From: Octopus sinensis
Lineage: Eukaryota
NCBI RefSeq assembly: GCF_006345805.1
Contig: NC_043013.1
Location: forward strand, 34,472,001 to 34,536,000
Direction of reading: 5' to 3'
DNA: 64,000 nt
Of this stretch, positions 1-11,115 are shown piece after piece. The position numbers and the translations under genes are program-made. Each line of letters starts with the position of its first letter. Positions within the stretch are counted from its first letter, which is position 1. The notes beneath the pieces are model-generated. The model saw nothing but the letters and a program-made list of their open reading frames with translations. It ran no database searches and had not been told where the DNA came from.

Positions 1-59
1 CATGGGAACCTTGGGCAATAGTGTCATGCAAAAGAAAACACATTACAGTAAGTGGCTCT

Positions 60-835
60 CTTTTTTCCTTTTGTTTTTTTGGGGGTGTTCATAGGATAAT
101 GCTCAAGCTGGCTCCATCATTCACACGTACCATCCTTGGTACATTCACCCATCTTCTTTTGATGCATGCACTTGACAAAACTTCCCTCTCTACTCTCAAC
201 TTCCTCTTCAAGTGATACTTGAAGAAGTTGATGAGAGATTGACCAGAGAGAAAAGTGTTTGTCACTAGACCTTTCAGATGCATCCACCATACACGTTCTT
301 TTGCCATAGCCACAAGTACGATGAAAATGGCTCTTCCTTCCCGTTTCAAGGAAGGAGGCACGACAATATTCACGATAGACTCTGTTGATAAACCAACTCA
401 TCCCACCCACGATAACAGTCGTTCGACATAGGCCCACAGGTCAGAAATGGTTTGACACTGTATGAGTGCATGCAGGATGGTTTCATTGCTCTGACCGCAT
501 CTCAGACAGGTCGGGCCTTGTGTTTCTCGAGCCATGCCTGAAGAGCTTATCCCGAACGGATAACGCTTCTCAATATCACTGCCAGGCCAGGGATCTCTGG
601 AAGTTGTCCATAGGTCCTGGCCCAAAAGTCATCTTGAACAGGCAGGTCGGGTATTCCTCGTCGATGCCCAGGCTTGCCCGAGATCGTCATCGTACCTATC
701 CTCCACTAATCCCCTATAGAATGCTTTCGCTGTGATAAAGTCGCTCATGGTCGACCCAGGACAGCATAGTTGCTTGGGAGCAATGCAACACTCACAGTGC
801 CATTCGCGGTGCTATTAGCTGGTAATAATTACATT
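60..835 (-). mobile_element. L1/Tx1-clade LINE, degraded 3' fragment of ORF2 (zf-RVT region and C-terminus)
   Basis: Minus-strand frames give MDNFQRSLAWQ..EALSVRDKLFRHG, then PTCLRCGQSNETILHALIQCQTISDLW (CxxC-x8-H-x4-C, zf-RVT pattern), then the C-terminal ORF at 89-373. Stops and frameshifts are present. Confidence 0.8.
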
Positions 836-1706
836 TGGGTTAACAGTAAATCCATTCAAATTAAGATATAGCCAACATGTGTATGCATCCAGAACTTCAG
901 TCAGATGGACTGAAACAACTTTGTCTAACTACATTTGGTATTTGAAAAATAATTAAATTTATAAATCAAATAAAGACAGCAACAATAATTTTGTAAAAGT
1001 GTCCAGTCAAGAGAGAGATATCTTCACTCTTTATATTTCTGGCAATGGATGTATATATTTAACAAGAATTCAGCTATGACATATACAAAATTTCTTGTTG
1101 CAAAATATTTAGTAGCCAAATTAAATGAACTTTTTTCAGACCAAAATGTTAAAGTCATGGAGAGTTACTACCTTCATTTTACGCAATTCAATCAGATAGC
1201 CAGTTAGCAACAATATTCCATGGTCTTACATATCAATTGTGTATTTTGATATATTTTAATATAAACTGTATGATCTCGTTTTCATTTTTATTCTTTATAA
1301 CTGTTATATCGTGTATATCTGTTAGTGCGTGTGTATATTTATGTATATGCATATATATAATAGACTCCTCTTGATTTTCATGAATGAGTCTTCCAGCCAT
1401 ATGATCATCAGATCAATAGCACTACTTACCTATTGAATTATCACATAACATGCTGCATATTCCATTAGAAACAGGTATCCTTAACAAATCAACAATATTC
1501 TATGTAACATGTGTACTTATATATGTAAGCACACACACACACATATATATATATGTATACACTTACGTATGTATACAAAGCACCACCACATGAATTCAAG
1601 CATGGAAATTGTTAAAGTAGAAAGATAAAACAATATGAGAGTAAATAAAATAAAATGAGACATAAAATAGACAAATAATAAAAAGAAGTAGGAAGAGAAA
1701 ACTGAA

Positions 1707-4700
1707 TTAGAAAAACTTACCAAATTGGTTTGCCAAATTATTGATGTTCTTTGTGGCTTCACAGATGTCTCCTTCATATTCTATCTTCTTTTCAATGACA
1801 GCGACATTAAATCCAAAACGACTAAATTCCACAACAACCATGTAATCCATTGGCAGCTGGTAGGTTTTTCTTACTGATGAGAATTCTGCAAATGGCTTCA
1901 ATTGAAACTCTTCCAAAAATGTTTTGTTTTCCTTTGTAGCTGTTCCCAAATGAGGCCACTTTTTCAAAGCCTTTTGGATTTCATTTTCTTTCTCCACTTG
2001 CATGTAATTGCATGTATAAAGCTTTGCTTTATCGTCAGTTTCTGGCAATTTCAATTCCCATTTACCATTTCTCATACGCAGCCAGCTATCAGAGAGAATT
2101 AAATCATAAAATTTAGTGTCGTAATAGACATCTTCAAAAATTTCTTCTGAAATTTCAACGCCCTTTGCTTGAACAAGTTTTTCAAGATCGAAATTATCAA
2201 ATTGAAATTTCCGCCTTAGCAAAATAGCTTTTGCAATTGATTGAGAGATATTGGTTGAAGTCAGATTAAATTTCTGATCTACCATTGGTTGGCCTTTGTG
2301 ATCAAATGTTTGACCCTGAGTAACTGAGGTTTCAATTTTATTCTCTTCTCCGAAATTCCATTTAGGAATCTCCTTACAAGAATCAAAATTTGATTCATAT
2401 ACTTTTGTTTTCAAATCAGCACCAAAACCTCTAGCTTTCATTTCTAATTCTGCTTCAGTTCCGAATTTCGGAGTGTAGCTTAAATTCTTGGTTTCAATTG
2501 ATGCGTCTATACCACCTGCTTGTCTTGAATCAACTCCAACACCAACTGGTTTCTCAGATTTGAGATTCTTAATTTCTAATTCTGCTTCAGTTCCGAATTT
2601 CGGAGTGTAGCTTAAATTCTTGGATTCAATCGATGTATCTATACCACCTGCTTGTCTTGAATCAACTCCAACACCAACTGGTTTCTCAGATTTGAGATTC
2701 TTAATTTCTAATTCTGCTTCAGTTCCGAATTTCGGAGTGTAGCTTAAATTCTTGGATTCAATCGATGTATCTATACCACCTGCTTGTCTTGAATCAACTC
2801 CAACACCAACTGTTTTCTCAGATTTGAGATTCTTAATTTCTAATTCTGCTTCAGTTCCGAATTTCGGAGTGTAGCTTAAATTCTTGGATTCAATCGATGT
2901 ATCTATACCACCTGCTTGTCTTGAATCAACTCCAACACCAACTGTTTTCTCAGATTTGAGATTCTTAATTTCTAATTCTGCTTCAGTCGAATTTCGGAGT
3001 GTAGCTTAATTCTTGGATTCAATCGATGTATCTATACCACCTGCTTGTCTTGAATCAACTCCAACACAACTGTTTTCTCAGATTTGAGATTCTTAATTTC
3101 TAATTCTGCTTCAGTTCCGAATTTCGGAGTGTAGCTTAAATTCTTGGATTCAATCGATGTATCTATACCACCTGCTTGTCTTGAATCAACTCCAACACCA
3201 ACTGGTTTCTCAGATTTGAGATTCTTAATTTCTAATTCTGCTTCAGTTCCGAATTCGGAGTGTAGCTTAAATTCTTGGATTCAATCGATGTATCTATACC
3301 ACCTGCTTGTCTTGAATCAACTCCAACACCAATGTTTTCTCAGATTTGAGATTCTTAATTTCTAATTCTGCTTCAGTTCCGAATTTCGGAGTGTAGCTTA
3401 AATTCTTGGATTCAATCGATGTATCTATACCACCTGCTTGTCTTGAATCAACTCCAACACCAACTGGTTCTCAGATTTGAGATTCTTAATTTTAATTCTG
3501 CTTCAGTTCCGAATTTCGGAGTGTAGCTTAAATTCTTGGATTCAATCGATGTATCTATACCACCTGCTTGTCTTGAATCAACTCCAACACAACTGGTTTC
3601 TCAGATTTGAGATTCTTAATTTCTAATTCTGCTTCAGTTCCGAATTTCGGAGTGTAGCTTAAATTCTTGGATTCAATCGATGTATCTATACCACTGCTTG
3701 TCTTGAATCAACTCCAACACCAACTGTTTTCTCAGATTTGAGATTCTTAATTTCTAATTCTGCTTCAGTTCCGAATTTCGGAGTGTAGCTTAAATTCTTG
3801 GATTCAATCGATGTATCTATACCACCTGCTTGTCTTGAATCAACTCCAACGCCAACTGTTTTCTCAGATTTGAGATTCTTAATTTCTAATTCTGCTTCAG
3901 TTCCGAATTTCGGAGTGTAGCTTAAATTCTTGGATTCAATTGATGCGTCTATACCACCTGCTTGTCTTGAATCAACTCCAACGCCAACTGTTTTCTCAGA
4001 TTTGAGATTCTTAATTTCTAATTCTGCTTCAGTTCCAAATCTCGGTGTGTAGGCTAAATTCTTGGATTCAATCGATGTATCTATACCACCTGCTTGTCTT
4101 GAATCAACTCCAACACCAACTGGTTTCCCAGATTTGAGATTCTTAATTTCTAATTCTGCTTCAGTTCCGAATTTCGGAGTGTAGCTTAAATTCTTGGATT
4201 CAATTGATGCGTCTATACCACCTGCTTGTCTTGAATCAACTCCAACGCCAACTGTTTTCTCAGATTTGAGATTCTTAATTTCTAATTCTGCTTCAGTTCC
4301 AAATCTCGGTGTGTAGGCTAAATTCTTGGATTCAATCGATGTATCCATGCCACCTGCTTGTCTTGAATCAACCCCAACGCCAACTGTTTTCTCAGATTTG
4401 AGATTCTTAACTTCTAATTCTGCTTCAGTTCCAAATCTCGGAGGAGCGTAACTTAAATTCTTCAACTCAGTCGAAGGATCTATACCACCAGCTTGTCTTG
4501 GATCAATTCCAAAGCCAACAGTTTTCTCAGATGTGAGTTTTTTAATTTCCAGTTCTGCTTCAGTTCCGAATTTTGGAGTGTATGTTAAATTCTTGGATTC
4601 AATCGATGTATCCATACCACCTGCTTGTCTTGAATCAATTCCGATGCCAACAGTTTTCTCAGATGTGAGTTTTTTAACTTCTAATTCTGCTTCAGTTCCA

Positions 4701-6199
4701 AATTTCGGAGTGTATGTTAAATTCTTGGATTCAATTGATGTATCTATACCACCAGCTTGTCTTGAATCAACTCCAACACCAACTGTTTTCTCAGATTTAA
4801 GATTTTTAACTTCTAATTCTGCTTCAGTTCCGAATCTCGGAGTGTAGGCTAAATTCTTGGATTCAATCGATGTATCCATACCACCTGCTTGTCTTGAATC
4901 AATTCCAATGCCAACAGTTTTTTCAGATGTGAGTTTTTTAACTTCTAACTCTGCTTCAGTTCCGAATCTCGGAGTGTAGCTTAAATTCTTGGATTCAATC
5001 GATGTATCCATACCACCTGCTTGTCTTGAATCAATTCCAATGCCAACAGTTTTTTCAGATGTGAGTTTTTTAACTTCTAACTCTGCTTCAGTTCCGAATC
5101 TCGGAGTGTAGCTTAAATTCTTGGATTCAATCGATGTATCCATACCACCTGCTTGTCTTGAATCAATTCCAATGCCAACAGTTTTCTCAGATGTGAGTTT
5201 TTTAACTTCTAACTCTGCTTCAGTTCCGAATTTCGAAGTATATTGTAAATTCTTTGATTCAGTCGACGTATCTAGACCACCTGCTTGTCTTGAATCAACC
5301 CCAACGCCAATTGCTTTCTCAGATTTGAGATTTTTAATTCCTAATTCTGTTTCAGTTCTTAACTTTGGAGTGTAGCTTAAATTCTTGGATTCAGTTGATG
5401 TATCCATACCACCAACTTGTTTTAGACCAACACTACTTTCAATATTCTTTTCAGATCTGAGAGTGTTAACACCTAATTCAGCTTCAGTTCTAAGTTTAGG
5501 TGTAAAGGCTAAACTTTTGCTCGCATTTGGTGTGTCACTACTACCAGCTTGTCTTGGACTAATTCCTACTTCAACAGTCTTTGCAGACTTGATATCTTTT
5601 ATCCTTAAATCGGCTTCAGTTCCAAATTTATGACTGAGGGCTAAATTTCTTACTGCAGGTGACGTATCTCTACCACCTGCTTGCATTTTCTGAAGACTCT
5701 TTTCAATATTTTTTTCAGGGTTGATGTATAAACTTGTTGTAGCTGTCTCCTTAGCTTTATCATCAGCTTGCATTTCATCAATATCAACTTCAATATTCTT
5801 TTGAGTTTTGAGCAATATTTCAATTGTTTCCTGATGCACAACTTCTCCCTCAACAAAATCTCTAGCTTTTACAATCACCTTATCTTTGTGGATATCTGAG
5901 TCGAGCAAGAAATTTTCAAACCTATCAACACCTGGAAAGGTTTCGTTTGTATAGAAAGCTTGATCTTTCATTGCATCATTTCCATCAGCAGGATTTGCTT
6001 TCATTGCGGCAACTGGGGTACTCTCCACAGAATGAGAGACTTGCTCTTTGATAGAAACATCTTCAGCAAAGTTACAAGAGCGGTCCACTCTTTCGTAATC
6101 TACATTTGCAATCAGATCTGAACGAGTGTATCTTGGTCTACTAATCGTGAATTTCTGTTCAAAATGGTCAACGTAGCAGTTAAGGGACTGATCCTCCAT
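1707..6199 (-). CDS. Large protein (~1500 aa if frame restored): unique N-terminus, ~24-25 x 44-aa repeats, C-terminal thiamine-triphosphatase-like CYTH domain; frame broken in this assembly between 2987 and 3694
   Basis: ORFs 3686-6199 and 1707-2441 share the same repeat. The second frame stays open upstream to ~2988. An in-frame TAA at 6248-6250 lies upstream of ATG 6199. The offset 6199-2441=3758 plus 10 missing nt = 3768, a multiple of 3. Confidence 0.8.
1715..1720 (-). other. Probable 5' splice donor ending the large exon (TTTG|GTAAGT, phase 1)
   Basis: Perfect GTAAGT falls just where the CYTH alignment stops, 11 nt before the read-through TAA. The C-terminal helix of THTPA is missing from the unspliced ORF. 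Confidence 0.6.
1721..2225 (-). CDS. THTPA: CYTH/triphosphate tunnel metalloenzyme domain, divergent thiamine-triphosphatase homolog with degenerate active site
   Basis: ILLRRKF..FEDVYYDTKFYDLILSDSWLRMRNGKWELKLP..FAEFSSVRKTYQL..VVVEFSRFGFNVAVIE aligns by eye with THTPA [69 protein letters not shown]. It is a homolog, not necessarily the ortholog. Confidence 0.85.
2443..5690 (-). repeat. Coding tandem repeat, 132-bp / 44-aa unit, ~24-25 copies (GTEAELEIKNLKSEKTVGVGVDSRQAGGIDTSIESKNLSYTPKF)
   Basis: ccgaattt recurs at 2461, 2593, 2725, 2857 (132-bp period). The GTEA/RTEA-like anchor occurs 25 times up to ~5620. Confidence 0.98.
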
Positions 6200-6265
6200 T
6201 ATTATCCTTTTAAAATTCTCAAAATTACTTTCAAATATTGATGTGAGTTATGTTGAAGAAATCAC

Positions 6266-6295
6266 CTGCAAGTAAAAAAAAGAAAAGAAAAACAA
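6266..6295 (-). other. 3' splice acceptor of the large exon (polypyrimidine tract + TTGCAG|G), 66 nt upstream of the ATG
   Basis: The minus strand reads TTTGTTTTTCTTTTCTTTTTTTTTACTTGCAG|GTGATT. The exon then carries an in-frame stop before ATG 6199, so upstream exon(s) are 5' UTR. Confidence 0.75.
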
Positions 6296-6510
6296 ATGAT
6301 GTAAAGCAGTAAAATGCTGCAACTTATCATAGACTAGAAGCTACATATAATAGACAATAGAGTAAGAAAAACCAGTGAAGGAGTATCTTTGTCATGAGCA
6401 GGGGACCATTTTACTACGAAGAGTGAATTACAAGTATGTAAGAATCTGTAAGATTACATGTTTGGCAAGGAAAACAAATGAATCTTTATTTTACATATTC
6501 ATAGGTAAGT

Positions 6511-6808
6511 GTTGTTGTTGTTTGTTCATTCTCAAGCCATGCCTGGCTTAAAAAGGCTGGTTTCCTGGTTTCATTGGATTATACGTTCCCCACCAGGATG
6601 GGACGCCAGTCCATCGCAGGTGAGCTGCTAGATGTAGGAGGAAAGAGTGAGAGAAAATTGCGGCAAAAGAGTCAGCAGAAGTTTGCCCTTACCTTCTACC
6701 AGAGCTGCGTGGAGCTTAGGTGTTTCACTCATAAGCACTCACATCACCCGGTCTGAGATCTGAACCCATGAGTCCACTGCTCTAACCATTAGGCCATGTG
6801 TGCCTCCA
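6511..6808 (-). mobile_element. tRNA-headed SINE (family C variant)
   Basis: Head TGGCCTAATGGTTAGAGCAG...GGTTCAGATC (box A/B-like). Body similar to 8991-9364; (AAC)n tail. Confidence 0.7.
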
Positions 6809-6851
6809 CTTCTTTGGTAAGTAACTGCATTAAATTACCATATAGATCTTA

Positions 6852-7165
6852 AGGCACATGGCTAGTAGTTAGAGCATTGGGCTCACAATCATGAGATAGT
6901 GAGTTCAATTCTTGAACCAGGTTGTGTTGTGTTCTTGAACAAGACACTTTATTTCACATTGCTCCAGTTTACCTAGCTGTAAAAATGAGTTGTGACATCA
7001 CTGGGGCCAAGCTGTATTGGCGTTTACCTTTCCTTTCCTTTGAACAACATCAGTGGCATGGAGAGGGGAGATTGGTATGGATGGGTGATTGTCAGCCTTC
7101 CATAAAAACAACCTTGCTTAGACTTGTTCCTCAAAGTGTTTCATGATTGAAGCGGGGTCTTTACT
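6852..7165 (+). mobile_element. tRNA-headed SINE (family D)
   Basis: Box A/B-like head followed by GTGTTCTTGAACAAGACACTTTATTTCAC. Colinear with the copies at 34108-34432 and 41566-41690. Confidence 0.8.
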
Positions 7166-8287
7166 CCCCCATCATCCCTACAGCATAAATCATATTATTT
7201 TGTATGGTCTTCAAATGATTTGTGAACAGGCTGTTTTAAATTCATCTACACACAAATTCTCTCCATAATCTTCCACAGCAAAATCAATTTACTTGCTGGA
7301 AATAACAGCTAAATCTTTATCAAATCAGACGGTGAACTGGCAGAAATTCTAAAGCATCAGAGGAGATGCCTGACCATGTCAGTATATTTGTTCAGGGTCT
7401 TTGTGTTCTCAATTCCAGTTATGTCATGGCCTTTTTGTCTGTGATAAATAATCTGTTACCTAGCTTAATGCTACTGCCTTGCCCTTTTATTTTGATAAAA
7501 GTGACTTCTTTTACAAATACTCAGAGCAGGTCTCTCCCATCAACCTTAGAGACCCTGTGAAGAATCATGGACATTGCTCTTCCTTTCTGATTGAAAAAAA
7601 CAATGACCATATCACCAGAGGCACAGTTAAAAACAAAACAAAAACTATAACCAAAGGTGTTTCAGCTTCAATTAATGTACCTTTTGCTTAACTGACACGT
7701 CGTTGCCCAGTGTTCATTCCATATATATATATATATATATTACAGAGGTGTACTTGCATAGCAAGTCACCTGATCTGAGATCATGTGCTGGAACGAAAAC
7801 AATTGCAGCATGGAACGTGTTTGTTTATATATATTAGAAAAAATAAGGTATTCAGAGATCTGGATGGTTGTACATATACAAATATTTATTAACATGTCAA
7901 ATGTTTTTAGAAATCACATATTTTCATCTACTCTAATAGATTCTTCAGATTTAAATTGTGTGAAGGGATTTGTCTCTTTTTATTGTATTAGTGAATGGGT
8001 TGGGGTGGAGAGAGAGAGGGGAAAGAGTAATGTGGTGTGTAAAGGGTAGGAAAAGTGGGAGAGGAATGGAGAGATAGCAGAGGGAGAAAGTGAGAGAGAG
8101 TGTGTGTGTGTGTGTGCATGTACCTGTGTATCTGAAAGGAAGTGTTTTGAACAAGAGATAAAGAAAAAGAATATTTTTAAGTAGGTGGCTAGAACAGATG
8201 CTTTACTTTGGTTCAGCCAGCTCACCAGAGGGTCTGAAAGAAAAATGTTTTCAAAGGGGAAAAATGTGTACATCACCTCCAAACCTA

Positions 8288-8371
<84 letters not shown>

Positions 8372-8386
8372 CATACACACACAAAC

Positions 8387-8564
8387 TATTCTATAATTAT
8401 AAACATAATTATAATTAGGGGTCAGCTAATTGCTTCACCACGTACCAAATTTAGAAATACGAGTTAAAAATTCCTTTTCTACTACTGTAAGAATCTAACA
8501 GTAGTAGAAAAGGAATTTTTAACTCCTATTTCTAAATTATAATTATGTTTATAATTATAGAATA
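8387..8564. repeat. Fold-back palindrome: 41-bp inner arms (1 mismatch, 9-nt loop) plus perfect 30-bp outer arms
   Basis: 8448-8488 pairs with 8498-8538; 8387-8416 pairs with 8535-8564. Confidence 0.95.
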
Positions 8565-8990
8565 TTCGTGTAATTTTACCTAAAAGGGTTATTTTCACGT
8601 ACCAATCTACTTGGTAAAATTATTAATTAATTTATTTTACCTTTTTATTATTAATATATATATAGAAATAATTGAGATTCAGTTTAATTAGGTACTTCAG
8701 TTGAAGCACCAAGTCAGCCTGGTATTATCTATTCTTAGCTACAATAATGACAACATGAATTTCTTCCATCTGGTCTGCTAAAATAGTTGAGAAAAGTTAT
8801 ATTAACGTGTCCAGCTGGCTAAAATTCCATTTATTTATTTGCACTGCTGAAGATGGCACCACATTTAAATCGATGTAATGATTGCATTGTTCAATTAAAT
8901 GGAGCTGCTTCAAATGGTTGTGCTGCATCACTACTTGATATCCTGCTGCATATTTTGATTTCATATATATATATGTGTATATATATATAT

Positions 8991-9364
8991 CGTGGCACTA
9001 TATCGGTTAGGCCGATGAGGGTTCCAGTTGATCTGACCAACGGAACAGCCTGCTCATAAAATTAGCATGCAAATAGCTGAGCACTCCACAGACATGTGTA
9101 CCCTTAACGTAGTTCTTGGGGAGATTCAGCATGACACAGTGTGTGGCAAGGCTGGCTCTTTGAAATACAGGTACAACAGAAACAGGAAAGAGGAGAGAAA
9201 GTTGTAATGAAAAAGTACTGCAGGGTTTGCCAACACTCCCTGCCAGAGCCTCGTGGAGCTTTATGTGTTTTCACTCAATAAACAGTCACAACGCCCAGTT
9301 TGGAATCGAAACCATGAACCTATGACCGTGAATCTGCTGCCCTAACCACTGGGCCATTGTGCTC
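8991..9364 (-). mobile_element. tRNA-headed SINE (family C)
   Basis: Head TGGCCCAGTGGTTAGGGCAG...GGTTTCGATTCC. Body shared with 6511-6808. Confidence 0.75.
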
Positions 9365-9389
9365 TACTATATATATATATATATATATA

Positions 9390-10065
9390 GTTTCATTTCT
9401 TTCTGTGCTCTTGAGCACATTGGGCAGCAAGTTGATACCACTGGTTTCTGCTAGTTGTGCTTTTCTCTGCAATGGGGCATGTAATATTGGCTTTTCTCAT
9501 TTCTTTTATGAATATTTCTGCCATTCCTTTCCCCTCCAGTGGTGTCTTTTTGAAAGCTGTTTTAGAATGCTTTGTTCTGGTAACTGGCATATGTGACCCA
9601 CTAGTTTTGATCTTCCTTCTGTGATGATCTCACTAAGTGGTCTTGTGTTTGTTCTCTTTAACCCTTTCGTTACCAACCTGGCTGAAACCGGCTCTGGTTC
9701 TGAATACAAATGTCTTGTTTTCATAAGTTCTCAATTAAAATCTTTCACCAAACCTTAGTCACAATTTATGTTCCTAACACTAGCTTAATGATAACTAAGT
9801 TATTTTACTAAATTCTTTGTTAAATTTAAAGTAATTGAAAGAAACACAGAGTATCTCAAAATAAACACAGTAATGAAAGAGTTAAACTGTCTTCATTGGT
9901 AATGCAGTCTTCTCAGTATATTCTCAGAATCATTCCCAACCATTTTTGGAGGAACACATCTAGCTTTCTGCTGATTTGATTTTCATAGTGATTTTCCATG
10001 TCTCACTGGCATGAAGAACTTTTGCTTGAACTGTGCTATTACAAAAACAACCTATACACAAATAT
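9390..10065 (-). mobile_element. RTE-clade LINE, degraded 3' end of ORF, interrupted by a MITE
   Basis: NSTVQAKVLHASETWKIT...ILRIY*EDCITNEDSLKRTNTRPLSEII...LVGHICQLPE...KEMRKANITCPIAEKSTTSRNQW, typical of the RTE post-RT region. Confidence 0.8.
9658..9885. mobile_element. Non-autonomous piggyBac-like MITE, 220 bp, TTAA target duplication
   Basis: TTAA(9658-9661)-CCCTTTCGTTAC ... GTAATGAAAGAG-TTAA(9882-9885). Removing it restores the RTE reading frame. Confidence 0.9.
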
Positions 10066-10153
10066 CTAGCTCTATAATAGCATAGTTCTACACATACACA
10101 CATCCAAGCTTTTATATACGTTTGTGTACATATATGCATACATATATATATAT

Positions 10154-10184
<31 letters not shown>

Positions 10185-10694
10185 GCACACACACACATAC
10201 ACACACACATGCGCATGCATGCATCTGTCTATCTACATACACAGGTATGTATGCACATAGATAGATATCTGCTAGTAGCCAATCAACTAAATTAAGAAAT
10301 AATTATACACAGACAATATAAGTATGCATGTGCGTGCGCCTGTCTGTGTGTACTAAGTGTGCATATACATACTACATACTCAGTAGATGTACACACGCAT
10401 ACATACACACACATATATACACACACACATACGTTACTCTCAAAAAGATAATTAAACAAACTCTACTCCCACACAGATTAAGTAGCAAGGAATAATAATT
10501 ACGTGAGAGTTTTAATATATCTAGAGAGTAATTAGCAAAGAGAAGACTATCGATCTAGATTCACAGTACGTGTTGTGATTTCATTAAGCGTGTTTACTAT
10601 TTGTTTTATCGGCTCGTTTACAGCAGAATTATATTCTTCAATAAATTTTCCATTGCATTCCCAAAAGGATTTTGAAAACAGATGAAAAATAATG

Positions 10695-10748
10695 CCCTAT
10701 ATAATACATATATACATATATAATATATATATATATATATTATATATA

Positions 10749-10829
<81 letters not shown>

Positions 10830-10926
10830 TATGTATAAATATACATGTATATATATACATACATACATGTGTATATACATATATATATGTGTGTACATAT
10901 ACATATATATACATATTCATATATAC

Positions 10927-10966
<40 letters not shown>

Positions 10967-11115
10967 GTATATATACATACATATATATATATATATATTT
11001 ATATATGTATTCATATACTCACATACACACACGTATGTATCATCATTCTCATATCATCTAACATCCATATATATGTGTGTGTGCGTGTGTGTATGTGTGT
11101 GTAAACACACATACA
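10695..11115. repeat. Compound (TA)/(TG)/(CA) microsatellite
   Basis: Direct inspection. Confidence 0.97.

Noticed and set aside
1430-1479. Possible terminal exon of the CYTH gene (TTAAG|GATACC...TAG|GTAAGT)
   Set aside because: Weak acceptor, and the spliced peptide GYLFLMEYAACYVIIQ* shows no convincing similarity to the THTPA C-terminus; needs RNA evidence.
3144-5633. Plus-strand ORFs (3144, 4533, 5121, 5385) and minus ORF 5650-5856 over the repeat gene
   Set aside because: Antisense or alternative-frame shadows of the repeat CDS.
2443-5690. CRISPR-like or satellite interpretation of the 132-bp array
   Set aside because: No unique spacers; unit length is a multiple of 3, variation is codon-structured, and it is continuous with unique coding sequence at both ends.
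6780-6920. tRNA-like sequences at SINE heads (here and throughout)
   Set aside because: Box A/B-like motifs only, with no complete cloverleaf; each continues into a SINE body.
7780-7815. GAAAACAATTGCAGC resembling the hammerhead 3' half
   Set aside because: No CTGANGA box with matching stems upstream, and no UH cleavage site.
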